From Macrostomum lignano (Eukaryota): DNA of 64,000 bases. The position numbers and the translations under genes were made by a program. The notes under the pieces were generated by a model. The model made no database searches, was not told the DNA's origin, and saw nothing but the letters and a program-made list of their open reading frames with translations. Location: NCBI GenBank assembly GCA_002269645.1, contig NIVC01001048.1, positions 62,001 through 126,000 on the forward strand, given 5' to 3'. The first letter of the stretch is position 1; every line of letters begins with the position of its first letter. This document shows positions 13,502 to 25,900 of this stretch, one piece after another.

Positions 13502-14319
13502 CGAGGGCTGTCCAAAAAGTCTTAGGGACTTTTTCACATGAATCTTTTAACAGTCAGAAAGAGTAATCTTTGAAAATATCACAAACTTTTCAAAAGTTAT
13601 GCCTCATTAACTGCAGTGGGGTACTGCATGCATCTCAATACATGAACAGGAACTTGGATGCTGCATATGGAGCACCAGGAAACATGAGTAAGTCAGTGCT
13701 TGCTTTCATAATTGACCTTCTCAATAAGCCGCTGCTCAGCGTCGACCTCCAACCTCAACCTGCTGGACGGCGTAGTCATCCTTCAGTTGGATGCATTTCT
13801 TCCACCGGATAAAGCATGTCATCAATGGCATCTGCTTACGGCTTTGCCTGTCTTGACAAGAACCAGTCGCACCTTCCTGCTGAAGGTGCAGTCACGGTTG
13901 GCATGAACTCTGCCCCTCGGTTTCAGAGTGCCACACAAGCCGATCGAGCAAATGAAACTTGTACCATATACGCTCGTAGATATAGAAAGTGATGACGTAA
14001 CACACGCTAGAGATTTTTCGCACAATTTTGAATTTGGTTAATTTCTGTGAGATTTCAAAATTGGAGTTCAGTTCCATTTCCTGTTCATGTATTGAGATGC
14101 AGTGCCGCACTGCAGTTAAGAAGACATAACTTTTGAAAAGTCCCCGTTCGTGAAAAGTTCAAATCGTGAAAAGTTCACGATTTGAAAAATCGTGATATTT
14201 TCAGAATTATTTCACTGTGTCGTTTGTAAGTAAAAGCCGCTATAAAATAAATCAGTTGCTGTCATCACTCTTGCATCAAGAGTCATGTGAAAAAGTCCTA
14301 AAACTTTTTGGACACCTCG
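13502..14319. mobile_element. Non-autonomous Tc1/mariner-like element with long subterminal inverted repeats
   Basis: ~38-bp imperfect TIRs CGAGGGCTGTCCAAAAAGTCTTAGGGACTTTTTCACATGA / TCATGTGAAAAAGTCCTAAAACTTTTTGGACACCTCG; TA on the left (right flank AA); internal IR 13583-13660 vs 14070-14140. Confidence 0.8.
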
Positions 14320-15131
14320 AAATGCAAAACATGTTGCTCTGTTGTATTTTGAAATACACTGTACTGTGTTGAGCAGTAAAAGTGTTTCTTTTCATACCCG
14401 CCTGACAATCTTACGTAAATTTACGAAAAAAATACGAAAAAAAAATTGGTTTTTTCCCAATATGTCACGTAAGATTACGTGAGTAATTCTTCCTTTTTTA
14501 CGTAAATTTTACGGATTGCGGATTTTTTCTTTGTAACCACAACTTTAGTGGGAAACAAGACAAATTCATACTTTTGATGAGGACGCACTTTTTCCCAAAT
14601 CCCGCGCTAGCACATGGGCTCGAAACTTACTAGCCTACTAACAGTGGGCGATGGGCATTTTTATCCTTTTTCTGCGAATAGTCATAGAATCTATACTAGA
14701 TATAATGTCTGGCCATACTAGTAGTCATAATAACATAGGCATTGCTTTTTGGGTCATAAATCATCGCTTTCGAAGCTGGTCTGACAGCCACCTGCGCCTC
14801 ACTCAGTATTGAGACGGGCGCCAGATGGTCTGAGAGGATGCGGGCGGTAGCTTTTTTTCTCATCATTTTGACAGGCCATCAAGATTTATGAGGTCAGAGC
14901 CTATTGTTCGGATTCACTCAAGCGTGTGACAGCTTTGACAGCTATGCGTTTTACCCCTAAAAGTACTTTGGGATTAGCGATTTCTCTTCATTATCTTCAC
15001 TTTCTATTTAATAAGAGCTTTCTAATGTATATTTTTTCATTAATTTCTGTCAATCCTACGCGAAAAGTCATAAATCATTTTGTTGCGATTTTGAGTGATT
15101 TATGGCCGCACCTGTCATCTTTTTACGACCC

Positions 15132-17633
15132 TGTGGGAACTGATAGGATCTCTCGGTCACGTGATTCTGGGTGGCAACAAGCTTAGCCAATCAGAAAATT
15201 CGGCGCTCATTTTAACAAAACGGCTCAGCCAATCAGAATCGACGTGTTCCATTATAACAAAATGCGGTCCAGTTGGCGGCTATTTAAACCGGAGTTTTTG
15301 GCCCGCTCGGATACACCTCTTGCTCGGGCCCAGCACGCAGCTTCTGGTTCCCGGAGCGCGACCGTCGTTTCTTGATCCCCGGATTGCGACTTCCCCCCAT
15401 CATCATCAAGGACGAATCCCCCGGTCGTCAGCAGCGAACATCAAGCGAAGATCATCACCTGCTAGCTATCAGCGAAGATTGTGTCAGCATCATCCCGAGT
15501 CTACAGCTGCAGAGCATCAAGCCGATTCGGTCACTGTGGATTTCCTGGTCTCCGGCTGTTGAGTTTCTGATTGGTTGGGTGAGAGGCTACCTAGACTTGC
15601 TTGATTGGGTGATCCCCTATCTGTCCCCTGTTTCAGTAGCTGAATTAGGCGCACACTTTTGCTCATTTCGTTCAGTAGTGCTGTTACTGAGGCAGAAATC
15701 ACTTAATAATACTACTAGTAGTCTGAAACTCCAATTCAATCTGAGGTGTGAAGTGATCTAAGGAGAAGGTTAAATCTAACAGTTATTTTTATCGGTTTTA
15801 TTTCTTTGTTCGCCGATGGCTCAGATGAGTGGCTAAGCTAGTAGGCGCCGGTCACAGTGGACCAATGGCCAGGCAGTCCCCAGTCGATCAATCAATCAAA
15901 TCAGTGAGCAAAACTGCCAGAAGTGCAGAATCGGCGCCAGAGATGTACTTTGTGCACTCTAGGTTAGCCAAGCGGCTCGGGTAATGAATCATGCGGTCTC
16001 TGAAGTTCGAGTTAGTCTATCATCAGCGCTATGAGAGGCTAGTTGGCGCGTTGAAGGCCAAAAGTACATATCTTCGTATTTAGCAATGTAATAGTACATG
16101 TAGCTACCCCATAGACTCGCCACTGCAAGAATCCCCTGCACAAGTCCCCTCTGTACCTGCATGGCCAACGATGTACCGTGATACGACAGCTGCTGTGACA
16201 ACACCGGACGGCCTATCGGACTCCTTTGAGACATCCTCCGGAGTGCTTCAGGGAGATACGCTGGCGCCGTTTCTGTTCGTCCTGGTGCTTGACTGGGTGC
16301 TGCGGACTGCTCTTCCTACCGACGACGACGGTTTTCTGCTGCAGCGACGCGTGGGTCGACGTCAACCGGAGAAGCGGCTCAGCGTGCTTGGCTACGCCGA
16401 CGACCTCGCCCTGCTGTCCTCGACCGTCGAGGGCGCCCAACGGCAGCTGGACAGGCTGGTTGCCGTTGCGGCGAGTGTCGGCCTGGTGGTCAACACGCAG
16501 AAGACCGTTGTGCTCTGCGTGCCGGACGACATCGAGGCTGCAATATTTTGCCGAGGCGCTGACGGGCAGGCGACCGAACTCCCGCGATGTCAGCAGTTCG
16601 TCTACCTCGGCGGTCTGGTTCCAGACGCTCGCGAGGACCTGCGACGTCGCCGCGGGCCTGCCTGGGCTGCCTTTCGCTCCGTGAGGGCAGTCCTGCAGTC
16701 CGAGGCCCTACCGGACCGCCAGAGGGCGGCGCTGTTCCAGGCGGTAATCGAGACCGTCCTGCTGTACAACGCCGAGACCTGGACGCTGACGGGCTCACTC
16801 GAACAGCAAGTCGATGCGGCGCACGCTGGTCTGCTGCGCGCCGCCTTCAACATCGGCGTCGAGCGAGTCACCAACGCGGCACTCTATCGCCGCGCTGGCC
16901 TGCCACGTCCAAGTGATCTACTGCGCCGTCGGCGACTCCAGCTCGCAGGCCATCTCATCCGCGCCGAGTCGTACTGCCCACAGCCGGTGCAGGAGGTGCT
17001 GCTGCTCACGCTGCAGGCACCCTACCGGCGAGGTCAAGCGCGAACTCGGCGTTATGTCGACTGTCTGCTGGCTGACGCCGGCGCCCCGGACACTGCCGGT
17101 GGCGCGGCCTTTGTTCGCGCCCAAGCCATGAAGCGCGCCCTGTGACGCTGACTTTTACCATCATGACAGCGTATTTTGTTGTTGTTGTTGTATGGCCAAC
17201 GCGATCTAGTCCCAGCAGTGTCCCTTATCATCGGCTATGACTTCGAGATTGACAGCAAAAAGACACTAGTTGGCAGGTAAGTGCAAAGCCCCTTCTAGTC
17301 GGAAGCCCGATTTCGAGAGTCCCGGTGTGGTGAGCCAGGACGCACGGGCTGTGGCAGCGAGTTAGCTTAGTCTGCGGATTAGCTAATTTCTACCTTCAAA
17401 ATTCTCCCTGCTTGTCTCTCGCTGTCCCTCTCTTAGCTATAGGACCTAGACTGCTCGCCACACGATCAAGCTACCATGGGGCTGACCATCTGACAGGAGT
17501 GGGGGGCCAGGTCTCTAAGTGATTTGTTTCTGAGCCTGAGGCCCGAAGGCTTCCTAACAAGGGACCCGAAGGTCGAAACCCATCACTTTTCCCTGATTAC
17601 TGTAAATACATTTTCTTTTGATAGTTTAGCACA
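15132..17633 (+). mobile_element. Putative solo LTR (~1.47 kb excluding the inserted LINE)
   Basis: TGTG...CACA termini; near-TSD CGACCC/TGACCC; two GCCAATCAG boxes (15186, 15229) and TATTTAAA (~15283) near the 5' end; AAATACA near the 3' end; no second LTR or coding region. Confidence 0.45.
16171..17191 (+). mobile_element. 5'-truncated RTE-like non-LTR retrotransposon (RT C-terminal part, ORF 16171-17145)
   Basis: RT motifs GVLQGDTLAPFLF, LGYADDLALL, GLVVNTQKT, YLG, ETWTLT; (TTG)n tail 17175-17190; perfect 10-bp TSD ATGGCCAACG at 16161-16170 and 17192-17201. Confidence 0.95.
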
Positions 17634-18452
17634 TGACCCCGAAAAAAGCGTTTCGTAATTTTTTTACCTAATTTTTCCGTATTTTTTCGGAAATTAGTTA
17701 CGTGTATTTTACGTTTAAACAAATCGGAATTTTTTACGAAGCTTTAGCGAGCAATCAAAAAAGAGGCTTCGATTTATTATACTTTTGTCGGTAAATTAAA
17801 CCAAATGAAACCCTTTTTGACCAATGAGACCCCAAAAAACAAAAGTTTTTTTTCGTGAAAACTTACCTTAACTTTTACGTATTGCTTACGTGAAATTGTC
17901 AGGCGGGATAATTGTACATGCATTTTATTTTATACAGTGTAAGCCCAAAGTTGTAAATACTCACAAGGATTATCCCATTGCAGTCTCCTCGTTATCCCCG
18001 ATCAAAGGTATATTTTTAATTTGATTTTTGATTTAGCAGCTGCTCTTCTTACTCAACTCATAAATTATATGGCCGGGGTATCGAAATTTGATGACACTGC
18101 GACTATGACCGCTTAGTCACTCTTTGACTGGCAACGGGTTTGAATGGAAATCCGCTCAGCCAATCAGCTAATCTCAATTTGTTACGGTACAAGAAATCAC
18201 AAGGCCAGTTGGTACATGTAGATATTTAATGCACACCTGTAAACTGCTGATTTTTTTCTGCTGATTATTGGAGCTCAAATTTACTGAATTCTGAATCCCT
18301 GGATCGCGACATTATCTCTCTATCTCTAAATAGAGATAAGGGATAAATAGAGATGATCTCTAAAGGGCCTCTAAGTTTTTGATTGGGCTGGGTGGACTTG
18401 CTTGAAATGCTATTTACAATTTGTACATCTGACATGATGATACCAGCTGGAC

Positions 18453-18773
18453 CAATGGCGGATCTAGAATTCCAGAGGATCACAGTTTGGGGCGCCTCGA
18501 TACATGAGTATGAGGGGCGCGCCAATTAAGCTAGGGGCGAAGAAAATGCGTGTAGGCCGGGCGAAAAATTAAAACAAATCATGTAGGGGTGAAATTAAAA
18601 ATGCGTGCAGGGGGTGAAAAATTTACCGCCCATATATTTTACCGCCTTTTGCAAAAAAATTACGAAAATTATTGCGCCCTTTAATCAAGTTTAAAGGGTG
18701 CATGCAACTTTAGGTGTTTGGGGGGGGGGCGCAATATGTTCTATCAAGCCATTTCGGGCTAAATCCGCCCCTG
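18453..18773. mobile_element. Degenerate hAT-type MITE
   Basis: Imperfect TIRs CAATGGCGGATCTAG / CTAAATCCGCCCCTG; no matching TSD. Confidence 0.6.
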
Positions 18774-19469
18774 ATCTAAGGACTATGTACAGCAGTATTA
18801 TATACGTGTACGAAAGCTAAGGCCGGCTGACTATATATTGACAGCTTGTAGCGTGAGGCAATAGTATTAAGTGATTAGTTTCTATTCTCTGAGGCTCAAA
18901 AAGCCTTCGATTAAGGGTTTAAAAAGGCTGAACCTATCAATGTATCACATATTCTATCACTTCAATGGTTTACAATATTCAAATCAATACACACAGAATT
19001 GCCCAGCCGATAGCTTAGTTGTTTCTGGTTAACTCTGTATTTAGGATTTACATGCAAACAATATAATTTTTTATTTATAAGAAGTGCACCTTTTGAAAAA
19101 TTGAATAAGTTTATAAATAAGTCTTGCCCTTGTATTTTGTTTTACTTAAATAACTATTTTAAGCCCGGACAAGTTTGGGAGCGTTTCTTAGAACGTATAA
19201 ATTAACTTTCGTTTTAACAGAACGCATGTTATGCATGTTGCATGTACGTCCAGCTTTTAAGCTTTACCGCACGCGTCGGCCACTGCACATACATGCGCAA
19301 CTGCTGGCCGAGCTGGCCGATCCGGCCACCGTAAATTGTGGTGGACCAGGGTAAGTCGCAAAATTGAGTTGACCAAAAACGAAAAAATGCAAGAGGAAAG
19401 AGCAATATAGGGAAGTAAAATGGTGAAGCAAAAGAAAAACAAGTTGCAGCAGAAGCAAATTAAGTTGCA

Positions 19470-19951
19470 CAAATGATTAGGTAAGTCGCAAAAGGAGCAA
19501 CTAAGTTGCAAAAAGGATTCGGTCAAGTCGCAAAAAGGATTAGGTAAGTCGCAAAAGGATTAGGTAAGTCGCAAAAGGGTTAGGTAAGTCGCAAAAAGGA
19601 TTAGGTAAGTCGCAAAAGGAGCAACTAAGTCGCAAAAAGGATTAGGTCAAGTCGCAAAAAGATTAGGTAAGTCGCAAAAAGGATTAGGTAAGTCGCAAAA
19701 GGATTAGGTAAGTCGCAAAAGGATTAGGTAAGTCGCAAAAAGGATTAGGTCAAGTCGCAAAAAGATTAGGTAAGTCGCAAAAAGGATTAGGTAAGTTGCA
19801 AAAAGGATTAGGTAAGTCGCAAAAGGAGCAACTAAGTCGCAAAAAGGATTAAGTCAAGTCGCAAAAAGATTAGGTAAGTCGCAAAAAGGATTAGGTAAGT
19901 CGCAAAAAGGATTAGGTAAGTCGCAAAAGGAGCAACTAAGTCGCAAAAAGG
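19470..19951. repeat. 20-22-bp minisatellite (AAAGGATTAGGTAAGTCGCA)n, left part; continues at 26490-26615
   Basis: The same unit resumes immediately after the inserted transposon. Confidence 0.95.
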
Positions 19952-22900
19952 TAGGGTGTCCAGTGAGCTATTTTTTCAATGTATGATTTTTGAAAAATAT
20001 GAAAATGACCTAATTTCAAATGTCTGTAAATCGGTAAGTATGTAAGCTACAGCAATGAGTTTATACTTTTTAGAAAGTTAAGACTTATATCTACAACATA
20101 AAAAAAGAATCAAGCGATTTCATTTTATACAAAAAAAGTTACAGCATGGCAAAGTTGTGCCATTTTTACAGAAATTTAAAATTGAGGCAAAATCCAAAAA
20201 AGAAAGTGGGTTTTGTAGAATTGGTCCTACATAAAAACTGAACTGTTTTTCATGATTTTTTCAACACTGGAGCTTAGTAAACATGTATGAGTACCTTAGG
20301 AGCTATTTTTTGAAGAAAAAAATTTTTCATGTACAAGCATGTCATGTACATGAAAATTGGTGAATGTCAGTTTTTCAAGATCGGGTGTAAGCATGCCCCT
20401 GAAACTTTATGTAGTTGTTATGGCAACCAAATGAAGCAGTTTCAGTGAAAGTTCGACCTCCTAACTATAAACGCAAGTGCTGGGCAAAAATTTCACCAAA
20501 TACATGTAAAATCTCATAGGAAAATGTAAAACTTCAAATATTGGATGGCCTGTTTGAAGCACGAATGTTTCCTTTGCTTAAAATGTAGCCTAACGCACCC
20601 CAAATCAGGTCTAGAAAGGATTTCTATGTAGGCCAAAACGCAAAGGCACCATTGGCCATAGACTGTAGAACGTTTCTTGGAAATACACTGCGGAGATAGG
20701 GAAAAACAAAACTGGGCATTTCGCAGCTTCTAATGGGGACTATTTGACTCTGCTTTGACCCAAATTGAAATTGATGTATATGAGCTGTTGATCTAAACAA
20801 CTTATATGATAGTAATGTTGCTTTTAGTTGAGGAATTGTAATTACCTATACTACATTATCCACTCTCACTTGATCATTTCAGTTTAGACTCAATATTCAA
20901 GAAGTTCAGTAACTCTGTTGAGCTACTCGTCGTCTGACAGGACATGAAGGTCGCCCTTCAAATAGTCTTCGTACAAGTTATATTCAAAGGTTGTGCTGCC
21001 ATGGTCGTCAAACACAACCTGGAACTTCTGCTCAAGGATGTCTGCATTGGTACCCGGAACACGGCGGACAACGACACCCTGCTCCCAGACCTCGCCGTCG
21101 GTGTAGCCAAACAAAACTCCACACGTCGGCCTTCCAGCTGTGGGAGGTTGCTCAGCGAGGGGGAATAGCAGCAGCCTGCTGCTCTGCAATGGCCTCGGCA
21201 GAGTCTGACTCCGAATCAGAAGTCGGCAGCGGCGCTCGCTTTTGCCTGCTCGAAGCTCTACCCTGGCCACGGCCACGCCCCTGACCACGTCCGCGACCCC
21301 GACCGCGTGCCCGACTGCCTGACGCGCTAGCACCACGCCCGCTGCCTGCTGCGCCACCTTGGTGCTGCTGGCCAGTCGTAGCTGCCACCTGACGGGCCTC
21401 CAGCTTCTTGGTGACAGCAGAGCGGACAAGCTCTGCCCGCTCATTACAGGGCCGGATGTTGGTGTTGCCTTGGGTGTCGACCGCGACGGCAACTGCTGCC
21501 TTTTCAGCCTCCAGATGGGCAATTACTTGTCGCAGGTTGGCAGTCAGGGCGGGCAGGCTGCGTCTTACACCGGCTCGCGACAGGTTGAGCAGGGCAGCCA
21601 GGTCCCTTGGCAGAGTAGGCTCTGCATGGAAGTAAGTTTGTAGGTGATAATGAATTCTCCAAATTACCTGATTCCTGAACGTTTGAAAGTCAACTTTCAG
21701 CAAAATTTTCGTGAAACTTTCTTTGCTAAAGACCAATTTAAAAATTTACTTCCTACTTAATACCAAAACTACGCTGTCTTACTCATGGCTTTCTGCAGAC
21801 GCAGCTGCGCTGTCACAGCTTGCTCGTGACGTCCAGATGGGAGCTGCTGCAGCGCCTCCGTCATGTCGCTGACGGTAATCCAGACGCCGCCGAACTCGTG
21901 AACAGCGCGCATGTGGTCACGGAGGGAGCAGTCCTTGGCGACTCTCTTGCGGTGCACTGCCTCGATGCGCGCCTGCTGCAACTGCTGCCGTGCCTTGTCG
22001 ATCGCCTGTTTCGTCGCCTTTGCCCGTGCCTCAACTTTCCCGGAAATCTTCCGAGCCCGAGAAAGCATGGCCTCCTGCTCATCTCGAGTTTTTTGATGCA
22101 GCCACTGCTCCGTAGCGTTCTGCTGAAAGAGGACGTACGCCTCTCGAGCCAATGGGCGCATGTGCGGCTTGCAAGTCACCGTGCTGTCCAGCACAGCAAA
22201 ATTGCGCTCGGGAGCGACGTTGTCTTTCGGCGCATCCGCTGTCAGACGGCGCTGCTCGTCGGACAAATTGCGCAGGGCACCGCCGGGCAAGTGGTCGCAG
22301 ACCTCACGACGAAGCAGCACGAGCATGTATGCAGCGGTGACCTGCAGCGCCTGGCTCAGTAGATCGTTGTCCAGCTGCGACGCATCGGCCGTCAACGCAC
22401 TCCAAACGTCGCCAGCGTCATCGGGCGCTAGCACTGCCCCAGCAAGGTCAGGAAATGGGCCGCTCTGGTCGCCCGAAAAGCGGAAGCCGTCTGCCGTGGC
22501 CAGCTCCTCCAGCCAGTCGCAGAGTTGCTCGTAGCGCTGGTTCATGTCCAGAATTCGGACTGTTGACTGCCGGTTCAGCATCCACAATGGCCGAATCACC
22601 AGCATGTCGATGACACCAAGCGCTCGACAGCCACTCAGCAGGACATTCGAGGCGAGATCTGCTTGCACGGCTAGCAGCAGGCGGTTGCTGCACGGGTACT
22701 CCGTCAGGAAAGTCAGCAGGAGCTCCCGCTGGCGGAAAACGTGACCTCCATTCGGGAAGATGACGTACGCCCGGTTGCCGCGGAAGTCCTCCATCTGGAA
22801 CGGCTTTGCGCCCTGCGACTGTAAGTACGTTTCGTACGGAACTGCGACGCCGCACTGCTCGTTCCCGAGCCGATGAAACGCCTTGCAGACCGTCCTGATG

Positions 22901-25900
22901 GTACGCTGAGTGCCTGTGGACATGGTTAGGGTCGTATACTGGTATAGAATCGATTAGGAGTACTTGAATTGAAAGGAAGTACTCCGTGTGACTGCATATT
23001 TATTGACTTAGTCAATTATTCTAACCTGTTAGTACCACATTTTTTACAATGAAAGTAATCAAACAGTGCAGAAGCTTTCAACATCAACTTAAGTTGTAAC
23101 CCTAGCCTGCACGCCATATGGAAAATCCTACCGGACTCGGCCTTTGAAGTCCAGAAACCGGGTAGCGCAGCGGCACCGAGTGGCTGCGATGACACGCAGG
23201 CCTCCCAGGCTTTGAGACCGCTTTCAGCCGCGGCAGCCAGATTAACGATGGCATGCATGCCACAGAAAAGGGCCGTGACCTTCTCCGGCTGGTCCTCACC
23301 GGCCTGCCTCGCGAAGGTGTCGCGCATCTCGTTAAGAAGCACCTATACGAAATGTAAGAAAAAATGACTGCCGTAAATTTCTCGAAACAACACTGAACCA
23401 CTGCTAGACCTAACCCTCCGCGTCACACTCACCAACAGGCACTTGTTAACGACGTGGCGGTCCGTCATGAGAAAGTTGATCCGGATGAAGAGCTCCCGCT
23501 TCAACCGGACCCTGTCTTCAACACTGACGTCGGGCTTAGTGACGTCGCAGAAGGACTCCACTAGCTCATCGACGGAGGCGTCCATGTCACGGGCGTACAT
23601 CTCCGCTGTACCACCCTCTACAGGCCGAAGAGCCAGCGTGACCTGCTCGTTCCCGCCAGTGGAAATCTGTGTGATGAGGGGGATTGCAGTTTGGTGTAAG
23701 TATTCTTCTGTCTGTTTCGATATCGACATGCCATCATTCGAAGCAAAAGTTTATGCAAATGAGAAAAAGTATAGTTGTACCTGCCAATCCGACCAGTGCT
23801 CTCCTCGTTTACTGGTGGCGTCGGTCATCAGCGTCAGCGCCTTGTCGTCCTGCGCGGCCACCAGGAGCTTCTCCATGGCGCTGGCCTTAGCGAGACTCCC
23901 GCCGACGCTGTAGGACACGGCACTTATGTGCGACACGGACGGCAGGTTCTCCACCTGCATCCCGCACAACTGCTCCACGACCTTTCGAATGGCGGAGCTG
24001 ACGTAACGGATAGGGACGTGGCAATCGAGCACGAGACTGACGCACGCCCGAACGACATCGTTCGTGTACTGCACGCCACCTCCAGGTCGTGACTCCATTG
24101 TCTGCAGCAGACGGCCGGCTGCCACCTGGCCTGTCAGCTGTTCAACCTGTTTTGTAGAAGTGTGAAATGATGGTTCCAGACCAATTGAGTTCGTGTCTGA
24201 TTATGCGTCTACCATAAGGTCAAATCCCATTATCCAAGCCCGTGCGCCAGACATCTCCGATGAGCGCAGCTCTTAAGAACAAACACACCAGCAATTTAAT
24301 ACTTTCCTACCCTTTTTCACTTTACAGTTCGTCTCACCTTGCTGTTGGCTTCAGCCAGCAAATGATGCGCCTGCCGTACTTCAGACCGTAGGGCTTCGAT
24401 CTGACGTTTGGCCTCCGCGTCCATGCGAATGGCCGACTGGCGCTTCTCCAGCAATAGATTCGCACGCACATCCAGCAGCATCCTGGCCTGGTACCGATAT
24501 TGTCGGCGGGCGTCTCGGATCCGCCGCTGGAGGCGTCTGACGCGCTGCTGCCATACCTTCATCGATGGCCGTCTTGAGAGGCGAAATATAAGCCGCCTGA
24601 CCCTTGCCTCGGATAGAGTCAGACGATATCGTGCCTGTGTGAAAGGGGGATAAAATAAAGTTCCAGATTTCAGTCCCTTGCGTTACCCGGAAAGTTGTGT
24701 CAGGACAAGACATAATTAAGGCTTTCTTTTTGCAACAGTAAAGTAAAAAAAAACTATCTTACTACCTGACAAGTCGAAGGGTACCTGTTCAAAGTTTAAA
24801 CTCATTTCAATAGACAATGCGAGATACAGCCTCACTCCTCACTCTAGAAGGCTTACCTCACGCAGTGCTGCATGAAGCCCATCCTCCTGACCGCGCTGCT
24901 CTTCTGGTGACAGGGCACTGGCAGCTGCCTGGACGCGACCAGGCGTGGCAGGTGCGCCAGCAGGCGTGGCAGGTGCGCCAGCAGGCGTGGCAGGTGCATC
25001 CGCAGGCCTAGTGGTAGCTGCATCTGCAGCCTCACGGCCACGCGTGGCAGGAGGTACAAATTTACTCTCCAAGAACTGCTGGTAGGCAGCTCTGCCTTCA
25101 TCTCTACCAGCACCATGCGTGCTCTTCTTCAGGGCTTCTGCCTTTGCGTACATGCGACTGAAGGCTCCCTGCAAGGTCTTTAACTCAGCTAGGCTCATGT
25201 CTTGTTGCTCAAGACAGTCAGCCAAAGCAGTCCATTTTTCAGTGAAACTAACACCCTGCTGCTGCTGCTCTACAGTAGCGATTGCCATGGCATTGGTGAC
25301 CTGCAATCTGGGTCGACCCCTTGATCGAGCAATAAGGGTGCCAGGCCCAGCGCTACTGGCTGCACCAGTCTTGGGTGTCGTTGAGTTGGACATAGAAATA
25401 AATTCTTATGAAATATTATGTAGTATTCAATTTAAATGCTAGCAGAAGCACTGGAGTGAGGGTTAGAAATGGAGCGATAAAATTGAGTATGAGTATATTG
25501 TTCTGACATAATTTACAATTACAATTTATATTATGACATAATAATAGCATCTGAAAGTGAAATAGTATATTTTGACATGATAAATGACATAAACTCACAG
25601 TAAAGCCAGATACTCATAATATTAGTCATGTTTATATATTAAGGACAAGCCAGAAAATATGGAAACAGAAACTTATGAAGTTATGAAACATTTTTTATAC
25701 CATATACATGTCATTACCCATTTACAACAATACAGAGAGAGAAGCAGTGCAATGAATTTTTTTTTAAAATTCTTATAACTTTTTTATTATTCAACATATC
25801 TTTAAAAGTAATATGTCATTTTACTCATAACATCCAGTTGTATTTGTTAAAAAAAGTAAAAACCCTGACATTCTAACTTAAAACTGTCTACTAGACACTA

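Larger units (their letters stand above)
14397..17907. mobile_element. Non-autonomous DNA transposon (CCCG termini, 3-bp TSD) carrying nested insertions
   Basis: 13-bp perfect TIR CCCGCCTGACAAT / ATTGTCAGGCGGG extending imperfectly to ~22 bp; ATA on both flanks; both ends rich in TTACG/CGTAA motifs. Confidence 0.75.

Noticed and set aside
15989-16170. LAMQVQRGLVQGIL resembling the end of an RLE-type retroelement ORF
   Set aside because: The frame across the LINE insertion has a stop and no other motifs were found.
24766-24784. Possible 19-nt mini-exon of the transposase (CAG...GTAGT)
   Set aside because: Including it shifts the frame into a stop at 24381; direct splicing 24857 to 24634 keeps the frame.
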